From the IMG/VR virus record IMGVR_UViG_3300012971_000927: 64,000 nucleotides of DNA; one strand, 5' to 3'. A program made the translations under genes and the position numbers. Below the pieces are notes generated by a model. It did not search any database. It was not told the DNA's origin and saw only the letters and a list, made by a program, of their open reading frames with translations. Origin of the DNA: an uncultured virus (IMG/VR IMGVR_UViG_3300012971_000927). Its lineage: Duplodnaviria; Heunggongvirae; Uroviricota; Caudoviricetes. Positions 25,895-36,266 of the stretch are shown piece after piece (position 1 is the first letter of the stretch; each line of letters begins with the position of its first letter).

Positions 25895-27517
25895 CTATTT
25901 ATAGTTCAGCCGGCCAATCTTCCGATAGCAGAAAACCTCCCACTGGTATTTCTGGAGAAAGGACAGCGCATGGTCCTTTAATTGCTCGCCAAACTCGTGG
26001 ATGCACTCCTCCCAGCCGGTGGCCTCTAATATTGTATGCCACCACCTGCGCGGGCGGATGCAAACGTGGGTGGGGTCTTCTTTCTCGCCGTCGCGGTTCT
26101 GCCGGGCGAAAAGCTCCACTGTGTCATGGACCGAAAAAAGTACGGCACCTTGGACGCACACCCGGTTTAGTTCGCTCAACACAAAGGGCACATATTCGGG
26201 GCGAACATGCTCCAACGTTTGCATCAGGTGGACACCCCCAAAGCTCTGAGCGTCAAAAGGGTGTAAATTCGCGGCATCGCAGATGACGAGGGGTAGGTCA
26301 GGCCATTTGCTGCGGCCCAGATTGATGCAATACTCGTTCAGGTCGCAGCCCGTAGCAATGCAGCCGCCATCGCGGAACCCTTTGGTGAGGGCACCGCAGG
26401 CACAGCCCACATCCAGCACCTTCTTGCCCCGCCACCCCAGGCAGGCCGCGAGCCAATGCCCATAGTTTTGCTGCCAGTCGCCGTAGGAAGCATAATCAAC
26501 TCCCAGGGTCTTATGCTCCCAATAATATTGCTCACCGAAATGGGTACTCTGGAGGCGTTCCGCGTGCGCCATTGGGTTCAAATTCGGCACCCCGGCCCCT
26601 AGTTGTTCGCTGATTTCGAGCAGGACTCGCTGCCGAAGGTCGCTGTAGTATTTGAAACGATAATGCGTCTCGAAATACTTCTGCCCCTTGTCCCGCTCCT
26701 TGATTCTGATATTTCGACGTGCATCCTGGGGGATCAGGTGCATGACGTTTTTCGATAAATCGTAAAAGTTGACGGGGTGGTGCTTCGTCCAAATGCCAAT
26801 GGCTGGGGTCTGGGTCGCCCCAGCCACATGAAGCGGCCCCGAATCAATCCCCACGAAAAGGCAGCCGCGTGCGATGAGCGCAGCGATTAAAGCAGCGTCC
26901 CCCATGCCGCCCTTCCACATCGGCAATGCCGGGTCGGGGCAGAAGACCGTGCGTTGGTCAATTAGGGTGGACCGATGGTCGAAGTCGAGTATGATGGGGG
27001 TGTAGTGATTTTCCAGCAAATAATCGCAAATGCAGCGCACGTCGTCGTGGGAAAGATTCTTGTTGCGTGAGGACGAGTTTCCTTGGTAATGGATGAAGAC
27101 GTAGCCTTTTTTCTCCGGCAGCCCGGCAAGGTAGGCATCGGCGGTTCGGACGGAATGCGAGTCCAGAGTGATGGTGTAGGAAAACAGATCGGGGAGGGGT
27201 TTCAAATTAAAAACTTCGTACAAGCACCGGGTCACCTTGCCGCTCGGCAGGTCGTCATAACATACGTTGGCTTCGGGCCAGACAAGATGAAAAATCCGGT
27301 CGTAGTGCCCCTTCGCCGGGTTCTCGCGGGTGATCCAGACTTGGTGGCACAGGCCGTGGGCAACGCTGTGCTTTCCCCTGGCAAGCTCAACGTCAACCTG
27401 CCAGTCGGGGTAATAGTGGCGCAGGTGTTTGAGTATGACGGTAAGTTGTACCGCATCCCCCAGCCCGTGGAACTGACGGAGGAGAACCTTCAATATAGCA
27501 CCCCGCGAACCCCACAT
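25895..27517 (-). CDS. GT9 (heptosyltransferase-like) fused to SAM methyltransferase; exact start uncertain
   Basis: HGLGDAV, FVGIDSGPLHVAGA; C-terminal VLDVGCACG, LEHV. Confidence 0.85.
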   Translation of the reverse strand: MWGSRGAILKVLLRQFHGLGDAVQLTVILKHLRHYYPDWQVDVELARGKHSVAHGLCHQVWITRENPAKGHYDRIFHLVWPEANVCYDDLPSGKVTRCLYEVFNLKPLPDLFSYTITLDSHSVRTADAYLAGLPEKKGYVFIHYQGNSSSRNKNLSHDDVRCICDYLLENHYTPIILDFDHRSTLIDQRTVFCPDPALPMWKGGMGDAALIAALIARGCLFVGIDSGPLHVAGATQTPAIGIWTKHHPVNFYDLSKNVMHLIPQDARRNIRIKERDKGQKYFETHYRFKYYSDLRQRVLLEISEQLGAGVPNLNPMAHAERLQSTHFGEQYYWEHKTLGVDYASYGDWQQNYGHWLAACLGWRGKKVLDVGCACGALTKGFRDGGCIATGCDLNEYCINLGRSKWPDLPLVICDAANLHPFDAQSFGGVHLMQTLEHVRPEYVPFVLSELNRVCVQGAVLFSVHDTVELFARQNRDGEKEDPTHVCIRPRRWWHTILEATGWEECIHEFGEQLKDHALSFLQKYQWEVFCYRKIGRLNYK

Positions 27518-27846
27518 TCCTCGCAGGACCGTATTTCCAGGGGGTCATCGTCGTAATGAATTGCCGCCCCGTGCTTCACCAGTACAGGGCCTTTGGGCCG
27601 GTGGTTGGTGTACACGATCTGGGAAACCGGCAACTGATGTTCAGCAATAAAGGCCCGCACGCTCACGCGGCTGGGCCAATATTTCTTAATCCAGCTTCGC
27701 CGGTCATGGTGGCGATTCCGCGACGTGACAATGATAACGGTGTCCCCGGCCTGGTGGTGTTCGAGGAGCTTGCCCATCATGACAGGGTTGGCACCAGATG
27801 CAAACAGAAGGGTGTCGTCAAAATCGAACGATACGATCATATCCAA
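27490..27846 (-). CDS. Minimal HAD-family phosphatase
   Basis: SFDFDDTL, IVTSR, K, HYDDD motifs I-IV. Confidence 0.75.
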   Translation of the reverse strand: MDMIVSFDFDDTLLFASGANPVMMGKLLEHHQAGDTVIIVTSRNRHHDRRSWIKKYWPSRVSVRAFIAEHQLPVSQIVYTNHRPKGPVLVKHGAAIHYDDDPLEIRSCEECGVRGVLY

Positions 27847-28631
27847 CGGCTCCAGGGTTTGGGGTGGCCGGTAAAATGCAAAATCACGTCGGTGGGGTCA
27901 TAGTGGATTTTGTCAAAAAACTCGCCCTCGCTGGTGGCGTCACAGCCCTGTCTGGTAAACTTGTTCCAGGCCAAGGTGTCAACCACCGCCGATTCAAAAT
28001 GGCCCGCCGAGATCGCCCAATTCAAGCAACCTTCATCGAACCAGTATATCAGCGACCGGATGGCAGGGTTTTCCAAAGAAAGATTCACCATAAACATCCA
28101 CAAGGCCCGCAGGCGGTCATGCGCTGGGTCGCCCTTGATGAATCCCAGCACCCCGTTGTTGATAAGACCCCTTTTGTCTGCCTGCGGCAATTTGAAAAGG
28201 TCCATCAATTTCGGCTCGAACCACAACGCTTCGTTCCATTGGGGGTGCCGCACCAGCACTGGTCCCTCCCGCATCGCCGCGAACACCGGGTTCAAGTCCC
28301 CAACAACTATTGTATCCGGGTCGAGCCAGAGGCAATATTTGTAAGGGGCAACCGCAACGTAATATGGTTTATACCATGCGTGCCAATAATACAGGGATTT
28401 GTCGGGCCTCACAGGGTTCGGCAATACATTCACCGCTCGTTCCCCGCACCAGGCCCTTTGGTCGGCTGTCAGGCCCAGATCGACCACAGAAACGGGCACC
28501 CGGCCCCTTACCGAATCGCATAAAAGGCACAGACCTCCGAAATATGGCGCATCGCATCCGGTCACGATGCCGCTATCGGGGCACGTCACTGCCCACCACG
28601 GCATCCCGGCAAAAAACTCCTGCCGTCGCAT
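27837..28631 (-). CDS. GT8-like glycosyltransferase
   Basis: WLDPDTIV, INNGVL, DEGCLN, ILHFTGHPKPW. Confidence 0.8.
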   Translation of the reverse strand: MRRQEFFAGMPWWAVTCPDSGIVTGCDAPYFGGLCLLCDSVRGRVPVSVVDLGLTADQRAWCGERAVNVLPNPVRPDKSLYYWHAWYKPYYVAVAPYKYCLWLDPDTIVVGDLNPVFAAMREGPVLVRHPQWNEALWFEPKLMDLFKLPQADKRGLINNGVLGFIKGDPAHDRLRALWMFMVNLSLENPAIRSLIYWFDEGCLNWAISAGHFESAVVDTLAWNKFTRQGCDATSEGEFFDKIHYDPTDVILHFTGHPKPWSRWI

Positions 28632-28975
28632 ATTGACGTATTTATAATTCGCCGCCGCGTTCCTACATACGGGAAAGGAGGTTTATGAAAAAGGTAACCG
28701 TATGACCGCCACCAAGAAAACGATCCGCATTGATCTCACCAATAAAAGCCTTGCCGAAGCAGTGGCTATCCTCAACGCCGTCTTCTCGGCCCGCCACGTC
28801 CTCGAACAAAAGGGCTTGAAGGTTTACGTTCGCAAGAAAAAAACCGCCCCGAAGCCCTGATGTACAAAAATTCACATTAGAAAATTTGGTTTACAACCAG
28901 AACTTTCCTCGCTATCATCTGGAGTAGCCTCCGACGCCGGAGGTCCGACCGGGTTTCTTAATTTGCGAGGTCCGC

Positions 28976-29386
28976 ATGGAGAACAACACCCACGACCCCC
29001 AGGGCCGCGTCTTCGACAACGAGATCGCGTTCCTGGCTGCCGAGTCCCGCTACACGGGCGAGAACGGCAAAAGCAGTGGCTACGTCGTGACCCAGGGGGA
29101 GAAGGTCTTCTGGGTTTGGGCCGCAAACCGGGACCACGCCACCGGGCTGGTGTCGCGGCGGCTGGCGCTGCTGACGGTGATTCCCTACCAGCGCACCAGG
29201 GCGCTTGCCGCCCTGCCGGAGAGCGAAATCCTGGCCCTGTTCGGCTCGCTGTCGCAGGACTTGCAGGACAAGGTTCGCCGCCACCTGAACGGCCACTCCT
29301 GCCCCTATTGCCCCGATAAGCTGGGCAGCCGCCCCGACCTGACCGCCCACATAAAGCGGAAGCACCCGGCCCAAGCAAAATCGTGA
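28976..29386 (+). CDS. Hypothetical protein with C-terminal C2H2 zinc finger
   Basis: CPYCPDKLGSRPDLTAHIKRKH. Confidence 0.65.
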   Translation: MENNTHDPQGRVFDNEIAFLAAESRYTGENGKSSGYVVTQGEKVFWVWAANRDHATGLVSRRLALLTVIPYQRTRALAALPESEILALFGSLSQDLQDKVRRHLNGHSCPYCPDKLGSRPDLTAHIKRKHPAQAKS

Positions 29387-29431
29387 ACGGACCTGGATTT
29401 CAGGGGCGAGAGGGACGAGGAGGATTTGCAA

Positions 29432-30061
29432 ATGGCAAAACCGCGTTGGAAGTTCACGTTCAAGAACAAGACCGACCTGTACACCCGCCACCTGTCGGCG
29501 GTGGTGCGCCGTCTGGTCAAATCGCTGCCTCACAAGCTGACCGCTCGCCCGGTGGTCATCGAAGTCTTCAACACCAAAGCCGGCATGTCGGTGCGCTACT
29601 CGCTCACCAACCCTCCGGTCATTACCCTGCGCCTGCCCGGCGGCAGCTTCGACCGCAAGTTGGTCTGCTGCTATATTGCGTGGTGCTTGGCCCGCATCCA
29701 GGGCTTCAAGGGCCGCGAATTGTCCGGCTCCGGTTTCTACGACCAGCGTGTGATGGCCATGAAGAGCGACGGCAACGGCACCTGGGTCACCACCGGCCAG
29801 GCCAAGTACGAGCAGGTCTACGCCTGGGCCGATGCCATGCCCCTGGACCGCCGGGCGGCAAAGTCGCGGCCCACCGGGGCGGGCCTGGCGTTGCAGAAGG
29901 CCGAGAAGTGCCAGGAGAAGGTCAACGAGTGGGAGGCCAAGGTCAAGAAGGCCAACACGATCCTCAAGAAGTGGAAGCGCCTGTTGCGCTACCACGAGCA
30001 GCGTGCCGAGAAACTTCAGATCGAATGGGCCAAGAGCCTGCAAGGGGGCCAAGATGGGTGA
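29432..30061 (+). CDS. Basic hypothetical protein with coiled coil
   Basis: RBS GGAGG; preceded by a class-B promoter motif. Confidence 0.7.
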   Translation: MAKPRWKFTFKNKTDLYTRHLSAVVRRLVKSLPHKLTARPVVIEVFNTKAGMSVRYSLTNPPVITLRLPGGSFDRKLVCCYIAWCLARIQGFKGRELSGSGFYDQRVMAMKSDGNGTWVTTGQAKYEQVYAWADAMPLDRRAAKSRPTGAGLALQKAEKCQEKVNEWEAKVKKANTILKKWKRLLRYHEQRAEKLQIEWAKSLQGGQDG

Positions 30062-30815
30062 TGACCTTCGTGCAAAGATTCGCCCGCCAGATGATATTAT
30101 TCTGACGCTGGGCTACCGTTACTCACTGAGTTTTTGCAGCGCCATGTACGGGGTTCGCCTCCCCACCGCCGTGCGCTGGTTCTGCCAGGCCGGCGGTGTC
30201 GTGGACGGACGCAATGTCGTGGTACTGCCCCGGCGGTTCTGGCCGAAAGGTCCGCTATCGCTCAAGGAACTGGAGGAACTGGCCAAGGACGCCCACCAGG
30301 GCGTGCCCCGCACTCTGGCGCACCACCGGCCCAAGGAATGGCCCCGCGCCAAACCCCGCCCGCCCCGCGAGGAAATCCTCCGGGTGGGCGGCAAGCTGTC
30401 CTACCAGGAAGCGGGGGCCAAGTTCGGCGTGGCCGGGACCACCTTCTCCCGTTGGTATTTTCAAGCCGGCGGCAAGAAGGTTCCGGGCGGCAATGTGCCC
30501 ACCGCCGACGAGCTAAACGCCCTGCTGAATAAAGTGGGTTTGCAAGAACGCCGTGCTGCCCGCTCCCTGGGCGTCAATATCCACCGTTTCCGAAAATGGT
30601 GCGAGTTGCGCAAGGTGGTTTACTACGACCCCGCCCAATATATCCGGGCCAGCGAAGCCTCCCGCCGCCTGGGCCTGAGCCGGGCCGGCATCCGTGTCTG
30701 GCATCGCCTCGGATATATCACCTTCGTCAAGCTGGACCGCCGGCATATCGTTGTGCCGGTGGAGGAAGTCAACGTCCTGGGAGAGTGGAGAGAAGGTCAT
30801 GTCCGACCGCGTTAA
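30054..30815 (+). CDS. Multi-HTH DNA-binding protein
   Basis: LSYQEAGAKFGVAGTTFSRW, AARSLGVNIHRFRKW, SEASRRLGLSRAGIRVW. Confidence 0.65.
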   Translation: MGDDLRAKIRPPDDIILTLGYRYSLSFCSAMYGVRLPTAVRWFCQAGGVVDGRNVVVLPRRFWPKGPLSLKELEELAKDAHQGVPRTLAHHRPKEWPRAKPRPPREEILRVGGKLSYQEAGAKFGVAGTTFSRWYFQAGGKKVPGGNVPTADELNALLNKVGLQERRAARSLGVNIHRFRKWCELRKVVYYDPAQYIRASEASRRLGLSRAGIRVWHRLGYITFVKLDRRHIVVPVEEVNVLGEWREGHVRPR

Positions 30816-31272
30816 AGTGATCCTGGTGGGCAACTGTGGGGCGGGCTGGGACGCGGCAGCGTTGCCGCCTGACCGTCCCATCGACCCCAATTCCTGGGGG
30901 CAGCGCAAGCTGTTGGCAATTAAGAAACGCCGCCAGGAGACGGGCGAGGATTTGCAAACCGCGAAAGCCTGGGTGGAGGCCAACGTGCCAATGAAACGGG
31001 TGCTGCGCAATTCGCTTTCGGCCTTCTGGGACGGCCACGGCAACCTCGACGTGATCGGCTGGGTGAGCGAGGGCGACGACGCCCCGCACATCTGGTGCCC
31101 CAACGCCACCGCACGAGGAAACTTTCAGTCCTTGGGCCTGGTGAGCTACGACTGGCTCAGCACCGTGGCCCACCTGCCCATCGACCTGGACACACGGCTG
31201 GTCAACGACGAGCCGTTGGCGTCCCTGCTGCCGGAGAAGCTGGGGTTCGGCTACTACGACTACCGCGTTTGA
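30799..31272 (+). CDS. Hypothetical protein with ribosomal L7/L12 C-terminal-like motif
   Basis: KLLAIKKRRQETGEDLQTAKAWVE. Confidence 0.55.
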   Translation: MSDRVKVILVGNCGAGWDAAALPPDRPIDPNSWGQRKLLAIKKRRQETGEDLQTAKAWVEANVPMKRVLRNSLSAFWDGHGNLDVIGWVSEGDDAPHIWCPNATARGNFQSLGLVSYDWLSTVAHLPIDLDTRLVNDEPLASLLPEKLGFGYYDYRV

Positions 31273-31366
31273 AAACAAGAATCCCGAAAAAATCGTGAAC
31301 ACCTTCGCCGGTCAGGGGTGTTAGAGGTACAGGGCCACGCGGCCCACCACCATCAGGAGAACACAC

Positions 31367-32521
31367 ATGGCACAGCGCGTCGTCAACTTCCGTGGCGGGG
31401 AGCAGATCGTCGTCCCCTGGCCCCTGGAAAAGATCATCACGTCCCACAACCCCCGCCGGCCTGTCCGCCGGCTCCAGCGCCAGGGCTACATCCCCCTGGA
31501 GTTGGTTCACAATCTGGCGCTCAGCGCCGACCCGGCCAAGAACGCCGAGTACGTCACGCTGATGCACCAGGAACCGGCCATCGAAACTTTGGCCCGGTCC
31601 ATCAAGGCTATCGGCCAGTGCCAGCCGATCATCCTACGCACCTACCGCGCCAACGTCGGCAAGGAAGATGCCACGGAGCCGGGCGGCAAGGCCAAGATCA
31701 TCTACGAGCAGCGCGGTGGCATCGCCGCCGGAGAGCGGCGCATCCTCGCGGTGGCCCTGCTCGAAGCCGAGCGCAAGATCGCGGTCAGCAAGGGCGAAAC
31801 CCCGAACCACGACAAGCCCTGGACTGTCGATGCTATCGGCTGGGACATGACCGTGGAGCAGGCCAGCGACATCGGCTGGGACGAGAACGACCAGCGCGAG
31901 CCGATGACCGACCTGGACTACGGCGAGCGGTTCGACGCCATGCTCCGGCAATATAACCCCGCGACCCAGAAGGCATACACCATCGGCCAGGTGGCCGACA
32001 AGTTCGGCAAGAACTACCATTGGGTCCGGGGCCGGGCGGCGCTGCCCTACCTGCCGGTGGAGCATCAGCAGCAGGTCGAGGACCGCACCTGCAACATCGT
32101 TGAAGCGTGCAACCTGGCCCTCAAGTACAAGGAACAGGCGCTCGCCGCCGAGGGAGAGCAGGCCGATAAGGTCCGCGAGGGCAAGGGCGCTGCCTCCGTC
32201 GTCCCCGACCTGGGCGTGGGCGAGCAGCAGCAACAGCAGACCGGCGGTGAGGTTCCCAGCCAGCCCCAGCCCGCCCAGGGCACAGGCAGCACGGAGAAAC
32301 TGCCGGGCCGCAGGGAGCGCCGGGCCACGCTGGCGCTCTCGGAGGTCCACGCCCTGTTCGACGCCACGCCGGAAGCCAACGTTGAGCGCCGCAAGGCGTT
32401 CGCGGAGGTCATGGGGCTGTCGCTGGATCAGGCCGCGAAGGACTCCATCACCCGCAAGGAAGCCGTGGAAGCCAAGAAGGCTCGCCAGGCCGAGCGCAAG
32501 GCCCGGAAAGGGGCGGCGTGA
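31367..32521 (+). CDS. ParB/Srx-like protein with HTH
   Basis: LARSIKAIGQCQPIILR, IAAGERRILA, ENDQRE, TIGQVADKFGKNYHWV. Confidence 0.75.
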   Translation: MAQRVVNFRGGEQIVVPWPLEKIITSHNPRRPVRRLQRQGYIPLELVHNLALSADPAKNAEYVTLMHQEPAIETLARSIKAIGQCQPIILRTYRANVGKEDATEPGGKAKIIYEQRGGIAAGERRILAVALLEAERKIAVSKGETPNHDKPWTVDAIGWDMTVEQASDIGWDENDQREPMTDLDYGERFDAMLRQYNPATQKAYTIGQVADKFGKNYHWVRGRAALPYLPVEHQQQVEDRTCNIVEACNLALKYKEQALAAEGEQADKVREGKGAASVVPDLGVGEQQQQQTGGEVPSQPQPAQGTGSTEKLPGRRERRATLALSEVHALFDATPEANVERRKAFAEVMGLSLDQAAKDSITRKEAVEAKKARQAERKARKGAA

Positions 32522-32680
32522 AAAAACCTCAAAGCGTTAGCGTATAACACGCTGGAGACGTAGGGGGCGGCTTCCACGCCTGAAAGAAAAAGGCAAAATT
32601 TACTTTACAACTGGCCTCATCCTCGGTATAAAGAGGCTGAGGCCAGTTTCCCGGACCCTGACGTGAACGAGGGCTAGGCC

Positions 32681-33739
32681 ATGCTCGAAGGCATCGAAGC
32701 TGTTCGCCTGGAGAGACAGCAAGAAGTCAAGTGCCTGGCGGTGATGCGCACGGGCAACCCGCTCCGCGACGAGTGGAGCGTGTACCTCGGCCAGAAACAC
32801 GGACGAAAGTTTCGGGACGAGTTGTTCAACTATTACAACCCGAAGAAGAAAAGGGAGCAGCCTGAAGTCTACGGCCTGAAGCCGGGCCAGCTTCCCAACC
32901 CGTTCGGCTGCATCCCCGCCTTCCGCATGAACGAGTGGCGGCGCGATCTGCCCCTTATTCTGGCGGTGCGCGATGTAGAGTGGGACATGACCTGCTCTTA
33001 TATCAACTTGGCCAGGGACTTGGCCAACCGTTGGGCGCGGATGGCCCAGAGCAACGTCATGCTCACGCCGGATGTCTTCGGCCAGGAAGCCTGGATGGCG
33101 CTTCGCAACGCCATCTACGGCTACAGCAAGGAGAACATCGAGTTTTCCACCTACGCCACCCGCGTCATCCGCAACCATCTGCTGACGGTCTACACCAACG
33201 GCAGCCCGGCCCGCTATTTCTCCAGGGAGGAGCGGAAGCTGCTGAAGGAATTCAACCTGCGGCGCAGCCAGGCCGGCGACGACGTGCAGGTTGAGCAGAT
33301 CGCCCGCGCGATGGGCCTCAGCGACGACCAGATCACCAGCATTTGCAAGATGCTGGTCACCACGGTCAACTACTCCCAGATCGGGCGCGGCAAGCACCGC
33401 GACCTGCTGGACGAACACGACCATGACGTGACGGCGCTGCGGCACGGTGCCTGCCGTGACCGCACCGATACCCCGGAGATGTGCGCCCTCCAGCCGATGC
33501 TGGAGAAGCTGAAGCAGGCGCACCTGACCCCGTTCGAGGAAGACGTGTTCCTCACCAGCCTGCCGGGCTGCGACTACTACGGGTGGCAGTCGGACGTGGC
33601 CAGCCGCCACATCAACCCCCGGACCAACAAGCCCTACACGCGGGCCGGCGCTGCCATCGCCCTGGAAAGCGCCTACATTAAGTTGCGGCGGGTGGTGCGC
33701 CAAGACCCGTTCGACGGCTACAACGTGCGGAAGAAGTAG
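32681..33739 (+). CDS. Sigma-70-family RNA polymerase sigma factor-like protein
   Basis: Region 2-like QEAWMALRNAIYGY....EFSTYATRVIRNHL; region 3-like EQIARAMGLS; region 4-like C-terminus. Confidence 0.7.
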   Translation: MLEGIEAVRLERQQEVKCLAVMRTGNPLRDEWSVYLGQKHGRKFRDELFNYYNPKKKREQPEVYGLKPGQLPNPFGCIPAFRMNEWRRDLPLILAVRDVEWDMTCSYINLARDLANRWARMAQSNVMLTPDVFGQEAWMALRNAIYGYSKENIEFSTYATRVIRNHLLTVYTNGSPARYFSREERKLLKEFNLRRSQAGDDVQVEQIARAMGLSDDQITSICKMLVTTVNYSQIGRGKHRDLLDEHDHDVTALRHGACRDRTDTPEMCALQPMLEKLKQAHLTPFEEDVFLTSLPGCDYYGWQSDVASRHINPRTNKPYTRAGAAIALESAYIKLRRVVRQDPFDGYNVRKK

Positions 33740-33961
33740 ACGCTGTAATTTCATTGAGGACGCCGTGAAGAAAGAAAAACGACCGGCCTGGAAACCTTCG
33801 GCAGACGTGGCGGTAGTGCCGATGCCCGATGGCACTTACCGCCGCCTCTGCCATCGGCACTGGCACGCCCGCGTCGAGGGCGGCGAACCCCTGCCCCGTT
33901 CCTGCGCCGCCGCCAGCGCTGGGGACGGCTGCGAGGACTGTGCCCAGGAGAAGACCACCTA

Positions 33962-35645
33962 ATGCCTGTTCAACTGCAAATACCGACCATCGGTACGCTC
34001 CTCACCCTCGCGGAGCCTTGGGACTTTCGCCTTTATTTCGAGAACCGCAATTTCAAGTTGCTGACCGCGCTTACCGGCCATGAATTCGGCTGGGGTGACG
34101 GCGAGGGCGATTGGGACGACCGCCGGGGCCGGTGGAGGCCCGCAGTTATTGTCGGCGTGACCTTCAACGGCTACAAGGTCGGCTGGGACACATTCGGCAT
34201 CCCCCAGGACGAGAAGTCCAAGGACGAGATGGAACTGTCGCGCACCTGGCGCGAACACCAGCCCATGTCGTATATCGACGTTTGCCTGCCCATTAACACC
34301 ATGCTCACGGTGGACCGGATTTATATTCGCAAGGGCGTGGACGCTTATAACAGCCTCACCTTCTGGCTGAAGAAGCCGGCCAAACTTCCCAAGGCCAAGA
34401 AGGGCGAGCCGCCGGTGGTGCCCACGGCGGAATATGAGTTCCTGCAACGCATCGGTGGGAGCCGCTTCTGGGCAAAGTTGCCTGACGTGAACAACATCGT
34501 ATGCGAGATGGCATGAACGACTTTCAATTGGAGCAGTTCGTCCGGTCGATGCTGCGGGACAGCAACAAGACCATGACCACCGAGGTCATGGTCATGTACC
34601 TTTGGCACGACCACGGGTTACGCCTGACCGTCACGCGGGTGCGCGACATGCGCATCCGCATCCTCGCGGAGATGGACTACGATGAAAAACTTTCTGCACG
34701 CATCGCCTGAAGGTTTCAAATTCGACCCGCTTGAGGCCAACGCCATTCCCGGCATCCCCATCACCGTTGACGTGCTGAAGGCCCTGGGCTGCCAAGAGAA
34801 CAACGGCGGCTGGGAATTCAAATCGCACGGCTACCAGTTCCGCTTTGAGCAGGACGAGGCCGGTCACTGGCGCTATATCGGCCCCGGCACGCCTGCCGCC
34901 GGCAAACCGGGCGGCTGGCACTGCGCCACCCATCTCGATGAATGCTTCGGCTTCCTGGCCGACGATATGTACCACGCGGGGAAGGTGGACAAGCTGGGCG
35001 AGGTTCGGGACGCGCTGGGCATCGGTGGCGACGTGGACCAAGTTGCGAAAATAAAAACCCCAGAAGGTGATCCGTCGTGAACCGCAAGCGGGGTGGCAAC
35101 AAGTGCCCGCACACTGCCAAGACGCAGTACGCCACCGAGGAGGACGCGGAGGACGGGCTGTCTTTCATGCTCACAAAAATCCCCGGTTATACGGGCCAGC
35201 CGTACTTCTGTCTGTACTGTCACACCTGGCACCTGGGGCGAAAGAACCCGCCCCATAAAAGAAGGCGAAAGCGAACATGATCTTTGACGGCCTCCGGTGG
35301 ACCCGATCCCATACCGTGGTGCCGCTCCCTCATAGCATGTGGGAGGGCACAAGCAACAATTATGCCACCTTCGGACGGGCAGCCAAGCCCACCGCCAAGG
35401 GTGCGGTGCGCACCAAGTACACTTGGAACGGCCAGCCCCCGGCTCGCTACCGGGGCACGCCTGACGAGATCGTGAAAGGCGAGCCTGTGTGGTATGTCTG
35501 GGCGGTGCCGATCAAGAGCGACGGCCACAGCTTGACCAACCTCATGTACGGCGCGGACGGCAGCAGCTACTTGCTCCACCAGGGCAGGGTCTACGTTCGT
35601 GGGCCGAAGGCCAGTATGCGTATTTGTCGGGGCCGGCGGCGCTAA
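33962..35645 (+). other. Run of small hypothetical ORFs (33962-34516, 34513-34710, 34682-35080, 35077-35280, 35277-35645)
   Basis: Overlapping start/stop chain. Confidence 0.6.
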
Positions 35646-35726
35646 CCATTTGGTTTACATTCTCCGACCCAGGAGGTATAATCTCGGCTGGGAATTAGTC
35701 ACCACCCTATTTATGCGGAGGCTGCA

Positions 35727-36215
35727 ATGGCGGACCAACGGATTGTGAAACGCCCCAAATCGGTGCTGTGCATCATTGACGTGCAGAGCGGTAAGAACGC
35801 CTGGCCCGGTTTCGTGGACAACATCATCCGCGAGATCACCACCGCCAAGAAACGGCGTGCCCACATTGTCGTGGTGGAATATACGAACGGCAGCGCCGTG
35901 TCGCAGGGGATTACCACTACGAAGGAGATCATGGCCGCAATCGGTCGCACCCGCTACAGCCGTGTCGTCAAGACCCAGATCGACGGCGGGGACTTGGTGT
36001 TGCAAGCCCTCAAGGCCAAGAACATCGAGCCACGGGAAGTCCTCGTCGTGGGCCAAAGCAGCCGGTGCTGCGTCGTGGCCACCGTCAAGACATTACGCAA
36101 GGCCCTGGGGCCGGAGCGTGTCACGGTAGTCCCGGACTGCTCCTGGCCCGAAGCATGGAAAGAAGACTTTGTGGACGAACCAAGCCTGCGCCAACAACGC
36201 AAGGCAAGTGCGTGA
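35727..36215 (+). CDS. Isochorismatase-like cysteine hydrolase
   Basis: LCIIDVQ, VVK, VVGQSSRCCVVAT, VVPDC. Confidence 0.75.
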   Translation: MADQRIVKRPKSVLCIIDVQSGKNAWPGFVDNIIREITTAKKRRAHIVVVEYTNGSAVSQGITTTKEIMAAIGRTRYSRVVKTQIDGGDLVLQALKAKNIEPREVLVVGQSSRCCVVATVKTLRKALGPERVTVVPDCSWPEAWKEDFVDEPSLRQQRKASA

Positions 36216-36266
36216 GTGGGTGGGCGACCAGGGTGGCCTGGTCGCCCACTTCTCCTTGGAGGCAAC

